Assembly (NCBI GenBank): GCA_040877915.1
Contig: JBBDNA010000008.1
Span: 37,846 to 101,845, forward strand
Reading direction: 5' to 3'
Length of the DNA stretch: 64,000 bases
Source of the DNA: Dehalococcoidia bacterium
Lineage (GTDB): Bacteria; Chloroflexota; Dehalococcoidia; SM23-28-2; RBG-16-64-32
Shown here: positions 1-8,336 of the stretch, piece after piece
Layout: each line of letters begins with the position of its first letter
Numbering within the stretch: position 1 is the stretch's first letter
Program-made: the position numbers and the translations under genes
Notes under the pieces: model-generated
What the model saw: the letters and a program-made list of their open reading frames with translations, nothing else
Databases searched by the model: none
Told to the model about the DNA's origin: nothing

Positions 1-77
1 CGGGCACAACGGAGGACAACCGCGAGGCGCTCAAGGCGTTCCTGGAGAAGCGCACGCCGGAGTTCCACGGCCGCTAG
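1..77 (+). CDS. crotonase-family (enoyl-CoA hydratase/isomerase) protein, C-terminal fragment cut by the window edge
   Basis: Frame 3 reads GTTEDNREALKAFLEKRTPEFHGR* (TAG at 75-77). It matches the C-terminus of the complete crotonase at 45537-46292 (RAEGVRAFLEKRNPEFKGR*). Confidence 0.6.
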   Translation, partial: GTTEDNREALKAFLEKRTPEFHGR

Positions 78-87
78 CCACACTCCC

Positions 88-392
88 TCTCGTCCTGAGC
101 CTGTCGAAGGGCGAGCCCCCTCACACCGAGGCGGGCGAATGTAGGTCGAGGTCCCTTCGGCTTCGCTCAGGGCATGCTTCAGACCCCGACGCGGGGGTCT
201 GAAGACCCCCGCCTACATGCGGAGACATCCTGGCGAGTTCGCCGGGGCCGGGGCGGGGGCCCAAGCCGACGGCTTCAGCCGTCGGTACAGACATCCGGGC
301 GGGCGGGTGGGCCGAACCACGCCGGGGAGGCCGGGGGCAAGCCGACGACCTCAGCCGTCGGTTCAGATATCTGGGCGGGCGGGTGGAATTGG
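88..392. repeat. intergenic block of nested GC-rich hairpins plus a two-copy ~76-bp tandem repeat
   Basis: Inverted pair cgtcctgagcctgtcgaaggg (from 91) and cccttcggcttcgctcaggg (to 174). Perfect 11-bp stem cttcagacccc/ggggtctgaag (177-204). Tandem units start at 262 (caagccgacggcttcagccgtcgg) and 338 (caagccgacgacctcagccgtcgg), each followed by gggcgggcgggtgg. Confidence 0.8.
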
Positions 393-393
393 G

Positions 394-1437
394 CTAGAAC
401 CCGTTCAGCGCGTCGATCAGGTGCCGCAGGCGTCCCTGGCTACGCTGGTTGAAGGCCACCGCCAGCCTGGCCAGCTCCGGCCGGTCACCCTCCGCCACCT
501 CCGCCGCCGACGGCTCCACCGGCCGCAGCCCACCCGATCTCAGGATATCCCCGAACTCGCGCGACAGCCGCTCCAGCGACGCCCCGTCCGGCAGCCGCTG
601 CAACCGCAGCACCAGCGTCCCCTCCACGTAGCGCTGCGAGTCGTAGTTCGTGTAGAACCGCTCGATCTCGACGACGGCGTCCTCGATGCTGTCGGTTATC
701 TTCACCAGGTCCATGTCCTCGGCGGAGATCAACCCTCGCCCCAGCAACCGCTCCTCCATGAACCGCCGCCAGTCTGACCAGTACTCGCCGCCCTCCGTCT
801 CCAGCAGCACGATGGGGTGCAGGTCGCTCTTGCCCGTCTGCATCAGCGTCAGCAGCTCGAACGCCTCGTCCAGCGTCCCGAAGCCGCCCGGCAACAGCGC
901 GAAGGCGTCCGACTCCTTGAGGAATGTCACTTTGCGCGTGAAGAAGTACTTGAAGTTGATCAGCTTGGGGTCGCCCTCGATGACGACGTTGGGCTCCGCC
1001 TCCATGGGTAAGCGGATCGCCGCCCCGAAACTGCGCTCCGCTCCCGCGCCCTCGTGTCCCGCCTCCATGATCCCCGGCCCGGCGCCCGTTATCACCATCC
1101 AGCCCCGCTCCGCTATAGCCTCCGCGAACCGCCTGGCGCAATCGTACTCCGGGTCCCCGGGCCCCGACCGCGACGACCCGAAGATGCTTACCTTGCGAAC
1201 GCCGCGGTAGCGCTTGAACACCTTGAACGCGTACGCGAACTCCTTCAGCGCGGCGTTCACCAGCTTCATCTCGCCCCGGTCGGCGCGGTCCCGGGCCACC
1301 CGGAAGCACGTCGTCACCATCTCCCGCACCAGGTCCCCGTCCTCGACGCCGCTTGCCTCGATTAGTTCCTCGATCCTGGCGTCCAGCGCCTCGTCCCCTG
1401 TGCGGTAGGGCCGGCGAGGCCTCTTTCCTACGACCAT
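394..1437 (-). CDS. LOG family / TIGR00730-type Rossmann-fold nucleotide-binding protein (long form)
   Basis: 347-aa ORF with the PGGFGTLDE motif and a TGAGPGIMEA glycine-rich loop typical of LOG/lysine-decarboxylase-like proteins. It carries N- and C-terminal extensions. Confidence 0.85.
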   Translation of the reverse strand: MVVGKRPRRPYRTGDEALDARIEELIEASGVEDGDLVREMVTTCFRVARDRADRGEMKLVNAALKEFAYAFKVFKRYRGVRKVSIFGSSRSGPGDPEYDCARRFAEAIAERGWMVITGAGPGIMEAGHEGAGAERSFGAAIRLPMEAEPNVVIEGDPKLINFKYFFTRKVTFLKESDAFALLPGGFGTLDEAFELLTLMQTGKSDLHPIVLLETEGGEYWSDWRRFMEERLLGRGLISAEDMDLVKITDSIEDAVVEIERFYTNYDSQRYVEGTLVLRLQRLPDGASLERLSREFGDILRSGGLRPVEPSAAEVAEGDRPELARLAVAFNQRSQGRLRHLIDALNGF

Positions 1438-1508
1438 AGCGACCTCAGTGTATCACCGGCCGGCGCGGCGAGCCTGCCGGCCGGCAGGCAGGCGCTATCA
1501 TTGGACCC

Positions 1509-2603
1509 GTGCCGACTCGAACGATCCTGCACGCCGACCTCGACGCGTTCTACGCCTCCGTGGAGCAGCTGGACAACCCGGAGCTGCGCGGCAAGCCCGT
1601 CGTCGTCGGCGGCCCGCCGGAGTCCCGCGGCGTCGTCGCCGCCGCCTCCTACGAGGCCCGCGCCTTCGGCGTACGCTCGGCCATGCCCATGAGCCGCGCC
1701 CTGCGCCTCTGCCCCGCCGCCGTCCGCTGCTCTCCCCGCTTCGACCGCTACGGCGAGGTCTCGCGACAGGTAATGGCCGTCTTCCATGAGATCACCCCCC
1801 TGGTCGAGCCGCTGTCCCTGGACGAGGCGTTCCTGGACGCCAGCGAGCAGGCCGCCTCCCACGGCGGGCCGGAAGCGCTGGCCCGCGAGATCAAGCGCCG
1901 CGTCAAGGAGCGCACCGGTCTCACCGTGTCCATCGGCGCCGCCACCAACAAGACGATCGCCAAGATCGCCTCGGAGATGGACAAGCCGGACGGCCTCACG
2001 ATCGTGGCGCCGGGCTCGGAGGAGGCGTTCCTGGCGCCCCTGCCCGTGCGCTCGCTCTGGGGCGTCGGCCCAAAGGCGGAGGAGGCGCTGGCCACCATGG
2101 GCATCGCCACCATCGGCCAGCTCGCGAAGGCCGACGCCTCCGTCCTCGCCGCCAAGTTCGGCGTCCGCGGCGAGTGGTTCCAGCGAATGGCCCGCGGCCT
2201 CGACGACCAGCCGGTCGAAACCGAGCGAGAGCGCAAGTCCGTGGGCGCTGAGACGACCTTCCCCCGCGACCTGCCCGACGGCCCCGAGCTGCGGGACGCC
2301 CTCCGCCGCATCGCCGAGGGGGTGGCCCGCCGCCTCCAGGCCCACGGCTCGCGTGCCCGCACCGTCGTCCTCAAGCTGCGCTACGCCGACTTCCGCACCA
2401 TCACCCGCCAGACCAGCCTCCCGCAGGCTATCGACACGACCGGCGAGATCGCGTCGGCCGCCGAAGCCCTCCTCGACAAGACCGTTCGCCCGGACGACAG
2501 GTTCCGGCTGCTGGGCATACACGGCACGAATCTCAAGCAGGGCGAGGACGAAGGAGAGACGGAAGGGGAAGGGCAGCTTAGCCTCTGGCGGCCGGGCGGC
2601 TAG
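1509..2603 (+). CDS. dinB: DNA polymerase IV (Y-family translesion polymerase)
   Basis: 364 aa with a GTG start. N-terminus ILHADLDAFYASVEQ...GKPVVVGG. Also SLDEAFLD, the SIGAATNKTIAKIAS region and LWGVGPK, characteristic of DinB/IMS polymerases. Confidence 0.9.
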   Translation: MPTRTILHADLDAFYASVEQLDNPELRGKPVVVGGPPESRGVVAAASYEARAFGVRSAMPMSRALRLCPAAVRCSPRFDRYGEVSRQVMAVFHEITPLVEPLSLDEAFLDASEQAASHGGPEALAREIKRRVKERTGLTVSIGAATNKTIAKIASEMDKPDGLTIVAPGSEEAFLAPLPVRSLWGVGPKAEEALATMGIATIGQLAKADASVLAAKFGVRGEWFQRMARGLDDQPVETERERKSVGAETTFPRDLPDGPELRDALRRIAEGVARRLQAHGSRARTVVLKLRYADFRTITRQTSLPQAIDTTGEIASAAEALLDKTVRPDDRFRLLGIHGTNLKQGEDEGETEGEGQLSLWRPGG

Positions 2604-4108
2604 GCCAGCTCGGCCAGCGGCTCCACCGCGTGCGTGTGGGCCGGCTCCACCTGGACCTTCTCCAGGAATATGCGGACGATGGACTCGTCCCACTGCGTGC
2701 CGGCGCCGTCCATCAGGATATCGGCCGCCGCCCGGTGCTCCACCGCCTGCCGGTACGGGCGGTCCGTCGTCATAGCGTCGTAAGCGTCGGACACCGCGAC
2801 GATGCGCGCGCCCAGGGGGATGCGATCGCCGCGCAGGCCGTCCGGGTAGCCCTGCCCGTCCCAGCGCTCGTGGTGGTGGTAGACGATCGGGTACACGTCC
2901 CTCAGGAACGGCACCCGCTTGCAGATCTGGCCGCCGCTGTAGCAGTGCTGCTTGACGATGGCGAACTCGTCCGGGGTCAGCTTGTCCGGCTTCTTGAGCA
3001 CCGCGTCGGGAACAACGATCTTGCCCACGTCGTGGAGCGCCGCCCCCATCCTGATGATCTCGATGTCGTGTCGCGGCAGCGCCAGGTGCGTCGCGATCCG
3101 GCCGGCGTCGTCGGCCAGCCGGTGGCAGTGGCCGCCCGTGTAGGGGTCGCGGCTCTCGATAGCCTCCGTCAGCGCCAGCGCCGTGTCGAACGCGAACCGC
3201 GAGAGGCTCTCCCGCTGTCGCACGCTGCGCAGAGCCAGCTCCGTCTGCCGGGCCAGCCTCTCGAGGCGCTCCAGCTCCTCGGGCCCGAACTGGCGCTCCT
3301 CGCCGTAGCAGATCACCAGCGCCGCCGTCGTGTCCTCGTCGAAGTCCAGCGGCGCCGCCGCCGCCGACAGGTAGCCGATGGCCTGGGCGAACTCCCTCAT
3401 GCCGTCGTATCGCGGGTCCTGCATCACGTTGCTGGACGAAGCCACCCGCCGGTGCAGGATGCACCACCCGGAAACGCCCTCGCCGTGCGGGGCGCCGTTG
3501 GGGAAGTGGTTCGTGAACCGGTCCTTGTTGTAGCCGTACGATGCGTAGATCTGCTCACCCTTGCCTGCCGTGGAAGTGGCCAGGCTGCAGAATCGGGCGC
3601 CCGTAAGCTCCGCCACCCGGCGGGTTATCTCCTGCAGCACCGTCGTCTCGGTGCTGCCGGCCATGATCGTCGTGTGGATGGAGCTCAGCGTCTCCAGCTC
3701 CTGCTGTCGCTTATCGTTGTGCGATTGCACCTCCAGCAGGTGGTCCACCGTCTGGTCCAGCTGGTCGCGCTGCAGCTTGATGCTCACCCACTGGTTCAGC
3801 GTCACGGCCAGGAACAGGTACACCGCCGGCCAGCCCAGCCACAGCAACGGCATCACCGTCTGGTTCATCTCCACGCCCGCCAGTACCATGAGCGGGCTGC
3901 TGGCCACCGACGCGATCCCGGTCACGATCAGCGAGTAGACCAGCTGGTGCCGGTAGGCGAGGAAGATTATCGGGACGAAGAAGGAGCTGGTGAAGACGCT
4001 CGGAATCTCGCCGTCCTGTATGACGAGGACAGCGATCCCGACGGTCGCCGCCAGGGCGGCGGCGAACTCCGCGATTACCTTCCGGTTAGTTGCTGCGAAT
4101 GCGTCCAA
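2600..4108 (-). CDS. membrane-anchored GAF + HD-GYP domain protein (putative cyclic-di-GMP phosphodiesterase)
   Basis: 502 aa with a TTG start. The N-terminal ~110 aa are hydrophobic (about 4 TM segments), followed by a coiled region and a GAF-like middle. C-terminal HDVGK...HHERWDGQGYPDGL is the HD-GYP signature. Confidence 0.85.
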   Translation of the reverse strand: MDAFAATNRKVIAEFAAALAATVGIAVLVIQDGEIPSVFTSSFFVPIIFLAYRHQLVYSLIVTGIASVASSPLMVLAGVEMNQTVMPLLWLGWPAVYLFLAVTLNQWVSIKLQRDQLDQTVDHLLEVQSHNDKRQQELETLSSIHTTIMAGSTETTVLQEITRRVAELTGARFCSLATSTAGKGEQIYASYGYNKDRFTNHFPNGAPHGEGVSGWCILHRRVASSSNVMQDPRYDGMREFAQAIGYLSAAAAPLDFDEDTTAALVICYGEERQFGPEELERLERLARQTELALRSVRQRESLSRFAFDTALALTEAIESRDPYTGGHCHRLADDAGRIATHLALPRHDIEIIRMGAALHDVGKIVVPDAVLKKPDKLTPDEFAIVKQHCYSGGQICKRVPFLRDVYPIVYHHHERWDGQGYPDGLRGDRIPLGARIVAVSDAYDAMTTDRPYRQAVEHRAAADILMDGAGTQWDESIVRIFLEKVQVEPAHTHAVEPLAELA

Positions 4109-4436
4109 GCTCTCGGTCGGGTTGAGTCATCGTAGATGACTCATACTAGAAATCGATTACCTGTATGCGGGCCAACCCGCTACATAATGGTAGGACGGGC
4201 CTATCTACCGGCGCGTTACAGTTAAGAGACGGTAAAGGGGGAAATTTTCGGGAAATCGTCCCCGTCAGTCCACCATGGAGTAGCATCGCGTGCGTGCTGC
4301 GCGAGCTCTCCGTGGTTTCTCCTCTCGAGGTCGCCGAGAACCGCCGTTCGGGCCACCCGCCCACCCGGACAGTTGTTCTGTGCGATGAATCGCGCAGCTT
4401 GGGCCCACTCCACCCCGCGGCGTCGACCGAAGTCGC

Positions 4437-5234
4437 CTAGTCCACCATCGAGTAGCCGCCGTTGACGCTCAACACCTGCCCCGTAATCCACTCCGCCCTC
4501 TGCGAGGACAGGAACGCCACCGCGTCCGCGATGTCCGACGGCTGCCCCAGCCGCTCCAGCCCCTTGGCCAGCGGATACCCGCGCATGATCCGCTCCCCCT
4601 GCGCCGCCAGCCAGGCCTTCGTCGCGTCCGTCTCCGTAGTCGCCGGGGCCACGCAGTTCACCGTCACGCAGAACCGCCCCACCTCCTTGGCCAGCGCCTT
4701 GCTGAACCCCACCACGCCCGCCTTCGCCTGCGAGTACGCCACCAGCCGCGGCTCCCCTACCCTACCGGCGTCCGAGACGATGTTCACGATGCGCCCCCAG
4801 CGCCGCTCCGACATCCCTTCCACAACCACCCGCGAGCAGTTCAGCACGCCGTACGTTATCAGCCCCATCGTCCGGTCCCACTGCGCGCGGTCGGACTGCG
4901 CGAAGAACGAACCGGCCGCCGCCGACGTGTCGTTGGGGTCGGTGATCACCGGGATGCCGGCGTTGTTCACCAGGATGTCGACCGCGCCCCACTCGTCGAC
5001 GACCCGCCGCACCATCGCGCTGACGGAGTCACCATCGGTCACGTCGCCGACCACGCCCATCGCCTGCCCGCCGGCGCCGCGTATCTCCTCGGCCACGGCG
5101 TCCGCGCGCTCCTGGAACAGGTCGTTCACCGCCACGCGCGCCCCCTCCTCCCCCAGCGTCAGGCAGATCTGCCGCCCGATCCCCCGTCCCGCCCCCGTCA
5201 CCAGCGCCACCCGCTCCGCGATACCCAGGTCCAT
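4437..5234 (-). CDS. SDR family oxidoreductase (3-oxoacyl-ACP reductase-like)
   Basis: 265 aa with the TGAGRGIGR dinucleotide motif, NNAG, and the catalytic YSQAK (Y-x3-K). Confidence 0.85.
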   Translation of the reverse strand: MDLGIAERVALVTGAGRGIGRQICLTLGEEGARVAVNDLFQERADAVAEEIRGAGGQAMGVVGDVTDGDSVSAMVRRVVDEWGAVDILVNNAGIPVITDPNDTSAAAGSFFAQSDRAQWDRTMGLITYGVLNCSRVVVEGMSERRWGRIVNIVSDAGRVGEPRLVAYSQAKAGVVGFSKALAKEVGRFCVTVNCVAPATTETDATKAWLAAQGERIMRGYPLAKGLERLGQPSDIADAVAFLSSQRAEWITGQVLSVNGGYSMVD

Positions 5235-5300
5235 CGTTTAGCCTCCCTGTTCCTTGTTCCCTGTTCGTCTTTCGCCGTTCGCTCTATAATAGGCCACCCA

Positions 5301-6500
5301 ATGGCCGATAAGCTGGCGCTCGACGGCGGCCCCAGGGTGCGCGACCGCCCCTTCCCGCCCTGGCCCGCCCTGGGCGAGGAAGACGTCGCCGCCGTCAGCG
5401 ACGCCCTCCGCTCCGGCGGCCTCACGCAGCTCACCGGCCCCACCGTCGGCGAGTTCGAGGCCGCGTTCGCGGAGTGGCACGGCGTCCGCCACTGCGTCGC
5501 CACGTCTTCGGGGACCGCCGCCATCCACACCGTTCTCGCCGCCCTCGACGTCGGCCCCGGCGACGAGGTGATCGTGCCCGCCCACACCTTCATCGCCTCG
5601 GCCACGCCCGTCCTCCACCAGCGCGCCACCCCCGTTTTCGCCGACGTCGACCCGGACACGTTCTGCCTCTCGCCGGAGAGCGTCCAGGAGCGCCTCACGG
5701 AGCGCACCAAGGCGATCGTCGCCGTCCATCTCAACGGGCATCCCGCCGACCTCGACGCGCTCCTGGCCATCGCCGAGCCCCGCGGTATCGCCGTCGTCGA
5801 AGACGCCGCGCAGGCCCACGGTGCCCTGTACAACGGCCGCAAGGCCGGCACGATCGGCCGCGCCGGCTGCTACAGCTTCTGGGAGGACAAGATCATGACC
5901 ACCGGCGGCGAGGGCGGCGCTGTCATCACCGACGATGACGCCCTGGCCGAGCGCATGCGCCGCATCCGTCACCACGGCGAGGGCCCCGTCGAGGGGGCCC
6001 AGACGGGCGGGCAGCCGCCCGACCGCGCCTACTACCACCTGGAGCTCGGCTACAACTACCGCATGACCTCGATGCAGGCGGCCACCGGCCTCGTCCAGCT
6101 GCGCCGCCTCGACGAGTACCTGGAGGCGCGACGCCGCAACGCCGCCTACCTATCGGAGCGCCTGGGGGAGCTCGACGCCGTCGAGCCGTCGTACGTCGCC
6201 CCCTACGCCACTCACAGCTACTACAAGTACGTCTGCCGCCTGCGCTACGACACCCTCTCCGTCGGCATCGAGCGGTTCGTGTCCGCCGTCGCCGCCGAGG
6301 GGGTACCGGTCTCCCGTCGCTACCCCACGCCGCTGCCCCACCAGCCCGTGTTCAGGGGCTATGACGGCATCCCCTGCCCCACCGCCGAGCGCCTCTCCGG
6401 CGAGCTGTTCGCGCTCCTCGTCCACCCCACCGTCACTACCGCCGACCTCGACGACTACGTCCACGCCATAGGCAAGGTAACGGAGGCGTACGCGAGATGA
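5301..6500 (+). CDS. DegT/DnrJ/EryC1/StrS family PLP-dependent aminotransferase
   Basis: 399 aa. N-terminal 'FPPWPALGEED...', then AFAEWHGVRHCVATSSGTAA, VPAHTFIASA, and the FWEDKIMTTGEGG lysine region typical of sugar aminotransferases. Confidence 0.9.
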   Translation: MADKLALDGGPRVRDRPFPPWPALGEEDVAAVSDALRSGGLTQLTGPTVGEFEAAFAEWHGVRHCVATSSGTAAIHTVLAALDVGPGDEVIVPAHTFIASATPVLHQRATPVFADVDPDTFCLSPESVQERLTERTKAIVAVHLNGHPADLDALLAIAEPRGIAVVEDAAQAHGALYNGRKAGTIGRAGCYSFWEDKIMTTGGEGGAVITDDDALAERMRRIRHHGEGPVEGAQTGGQPPDRAYYHLELGYNYRMTSMQAATGLVQLRRLDEYLEARRRNAAYLSERLGELDAVEPSYVAPYATHSYYKYVCRLRYDTLSVGIERFVSAVAAEGVPVSRRYPTPLPHQPVFRGYDGIPCPTAERLSGELFALLVHPTVTTADLDDYVHAIGKVTEAYAR

Positions 6501-6552
6501 CCCTCCGCTTCAGCCCCGTGCAGGTCACGATGCGCTATTTTGTAGAGGAGAC

Positions 6553-7629
6553 ATGACCACGCGCGTCGGCATCGTCGGTTCAGGGTTCGTGGCCAGCCTG
6601 CACGCCCAGGCCCTGCAGCAGGCGCCCGACGCCGAGGTCGTCGCCGCCGCCTCCCCCTCTGCCGAGCACGCTTTCGTCTTCGCCCGCACCTTCGGCATCC
6701 CCCACGCCTTCATCGACTACCGCGACATGCTCGTCGGCGACCTCGTCGACGCTATCACCGTGGCCTGTCCCAACGACCTCCACTTTGAGGTGACCCGCGC
6801 CGCCGCCGCCGCCGGCAAGCACGTCCTCGTCGACAAGCCGCTGGCCGTCAACCTCTCCCAGTGCGACGCCATGATCCAGGCCTGCCGCGAAGCGAACGTC
6901 ATCCTCATGTACGGCGAGAACCTCTGCTTCGCCCCCAAGTACGTCCGCGCCAGGCAGCTGGCCGAGGAGGGAGCGCTGGGCGACGTCTACTACGTCCGGC
7001 AGCTCGAATGCCATAACGGCCCGCACTCGCCCTGGTTCTGGGACGTGGAGCGCTCCGGCGGCGGCGTCCTCATGGACATGGGCTGCCACTCCATCGCCGT
7101 CTGCCGCTGGCTGTTCGGCAACGCCCGCGTCGAGTCCGTGTCAGCTGAACTCGGCACCTTCGTCCACGGCGGGCTCACGAAGGGCGACGACCACTCGCTG
7201 GTTACCATGCGTTTCGCCGGCGGCGGCATCGGCCTGGCCGAGAACTCCTGGGCCCGGCCCGGCGGCCTGGACGACCGCGCCGAGGTCTACGGCACGAAGG
7301 GGCTCACAATCGCCGATCTCTCTCGCGGCTCGGCGCTGACGACGTATAGCGAGCCCGGCTACGGCTTCGCGATGGAGAAGTCGTCCGGCACGCGAGGCTG
7401 GACCTTCAGCGGCTTCGAGGAGGTCTGGTCGGAGGGCTTCCAGGCGGAGATGGCGCACTTCGTCCAGTGCGTCCGCGAGGGCGAGCGTCCACTCCTGACC
7501 GGCGAGGACGGCCGCGCCGTCATGGAGATCATCTGCGCAGCCTACCGCTCGGCGCGCACGGGCCGCCACGTCTCGCTCCCCTTCGAGACGGACGCCCGCC
7601 GCCCGATCGACCTCTGGCTGGGAGACTAG
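6553..7629 (+). CDS. Gfo/Idh/MocA family oxidoreductase
   Basis: 358 aa with an N-terminal Rossmann motif VGIVGSGFVASLHA. 'KHVLVDKPLA' and 'MYGENLCFAPKY' match the family consensus (EKP/GxNxRF-like). Confidence 0.9.
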   Translation: MTTRVGIVGSGFVASLHAQALQQAPDAEVVAAASPSAEHAFVFARTFGIPHAFIDYRDMLVGDLVDAITVACPNDLHFEVTRAAAAAGKHVLVDKPLAVNLSQCDAMIQACREANVILMYGENLCFAPKYVRARQLAEEGALGDVYYVRQLECHNGPHSPWFWDVERSGGGVLMDMGCHSIAVCRWLFGNARVESVSAELGTFVHGGLTKGDDHSLVTMRFAGGGIGLAENSWARPGGLDDRAEVYGTKGLTIADLSRGSALTTYSEPGYGFAMEKSSGTRGWTFSGFEEVWSEGFQAEMAHFVQCVREGERPLLTGEDGRAVMEIICAAYRSARTGRHVSLPFETDARRPIDLWLGD

Positions 7630-7744
7630 CGCGCGGCAAGACCCCGCTCATGGTTCTACTGGCTCAGCGTGAGCGGCGATAGACCGCGTTGGCCCCACCA
7701 TCGTCAAGATATGCCGGTAACTATCTCGATCTTGGCTGGCCCAG

Positions 7745-7903
7745 CCCGCTCGCCCTGAGCCGCCCTCTGTCAGCATGAGGCGGACAGAAGGCGAGTCGAA
7801 GGGCTTCGCCGGCGCGTCGTGATCACGACCGTTTTTCACATAGCCTGCAGCTTTCGCGTTCGCAGGTATCGACGAAACACTTCGACAAGCTCAGTGCGAA
7901 CGG
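7745..7903. repeat. MITE-like hairpin element (termini ...cgctcgccctgagc...tcgaaggg / cttcgacaagctcagtgcgaacgg)
   Basis: The two ends are imperfect inverted copies of the same ~25-nt motif that recurs at 91-174, 14113-14142 and 29777-29842. The interior has extra small palindromes (gtcgtgatcacgac, 7816-7829). No ORF. Confidence 0.55.
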
Positions 7904-7967
7904 ATCGCTGGCGGGACCGCCGAGACGACCACAGGTCGTCGCCGTTGCACCGGCCGGATAGGCCTGG

Positions 7968-8258
7968 CTAGGCGCCCCCTAGCGCCTTCTCCATCTCCGA
8001 CTCCGTGTGCGCCCTCAGCGTCTGGCTGTGCACGTTGCCCGTCGCCGCGATGTTGAACAGCCCGGCCAGCATCGCGTCCTCGCTCGGCGCCTCCACGATC
8101 GAGACGATGTCGTACTGGCCCTGCGTCCAGTACGTGCCGACAACCTTGAACCCTCGCTTCTCGTTCTCCGCCCGCACCTCCTTGGCGCGGCGGACGGTGT
8201 CCTTGATGCTCTTCAGGCCCTGGTCTGTGAACTTGTAGAGAACGACGTATGTGGGCAC
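7968..8258 (-). CDS. GYD domain-containing protein
   Basis: 96 aa. MPTYVVLYKFTDQG...GFKVVGTYWTQGQYDIVSIVEAPSE matches the GYD family pattern. Confidence 0.8.
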   Translation of the reverse strand: MPTYVVLYKFTDQGLKSIKDTVRRAKEVRAENEKRGFKVVGTYWTQGQYDIVSIVEAPSEDAMLAGLFNIAATGNVHSQTLRAHTESEMEKALGGA

Positions 8259-8336
8259 GGGGACCTCCTTCGGAATACGGGGCTGGTTTGCGCCAGTATT
8301 CTACGCCCTGCGGCGCGATTCCGGAAGCGATACGGG

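Noticed and set aside
1438-1508. SOS/LexA-type operator upstream of dinB matching the ruvB palindrome
   Set aside because: Only a GC-rich ccggccgg-type inverted repeat is present, with no GAATAG/CTATTC half-sites. A shared SOS box therefore cannot be claimed.
1428-3467. 679-aa ORF on the minus strand, the longest ORF in this area
   Set aside because: It is antisense to dinB and out of frame with the HD-GYP gene. Its Arg/Gly/Ala/Pro-dominated composition is typical of shadow ORFs in high-GC DNA, and it has no motifs. The dinB and HD-GYP readings both have clear family signatures.
4146-4436. c-di-GMP (GEMM-type) riboswitch in front of the HD-GYP gene, and the 72-91-aa ORFs listed here
   Set aside because: I could not find the conserved GEMM-I/II blocks on either strand. 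The ORFs have no RBS, overlap each other and have an odd composition. The region is kept only as an 'unassigned region' finding.
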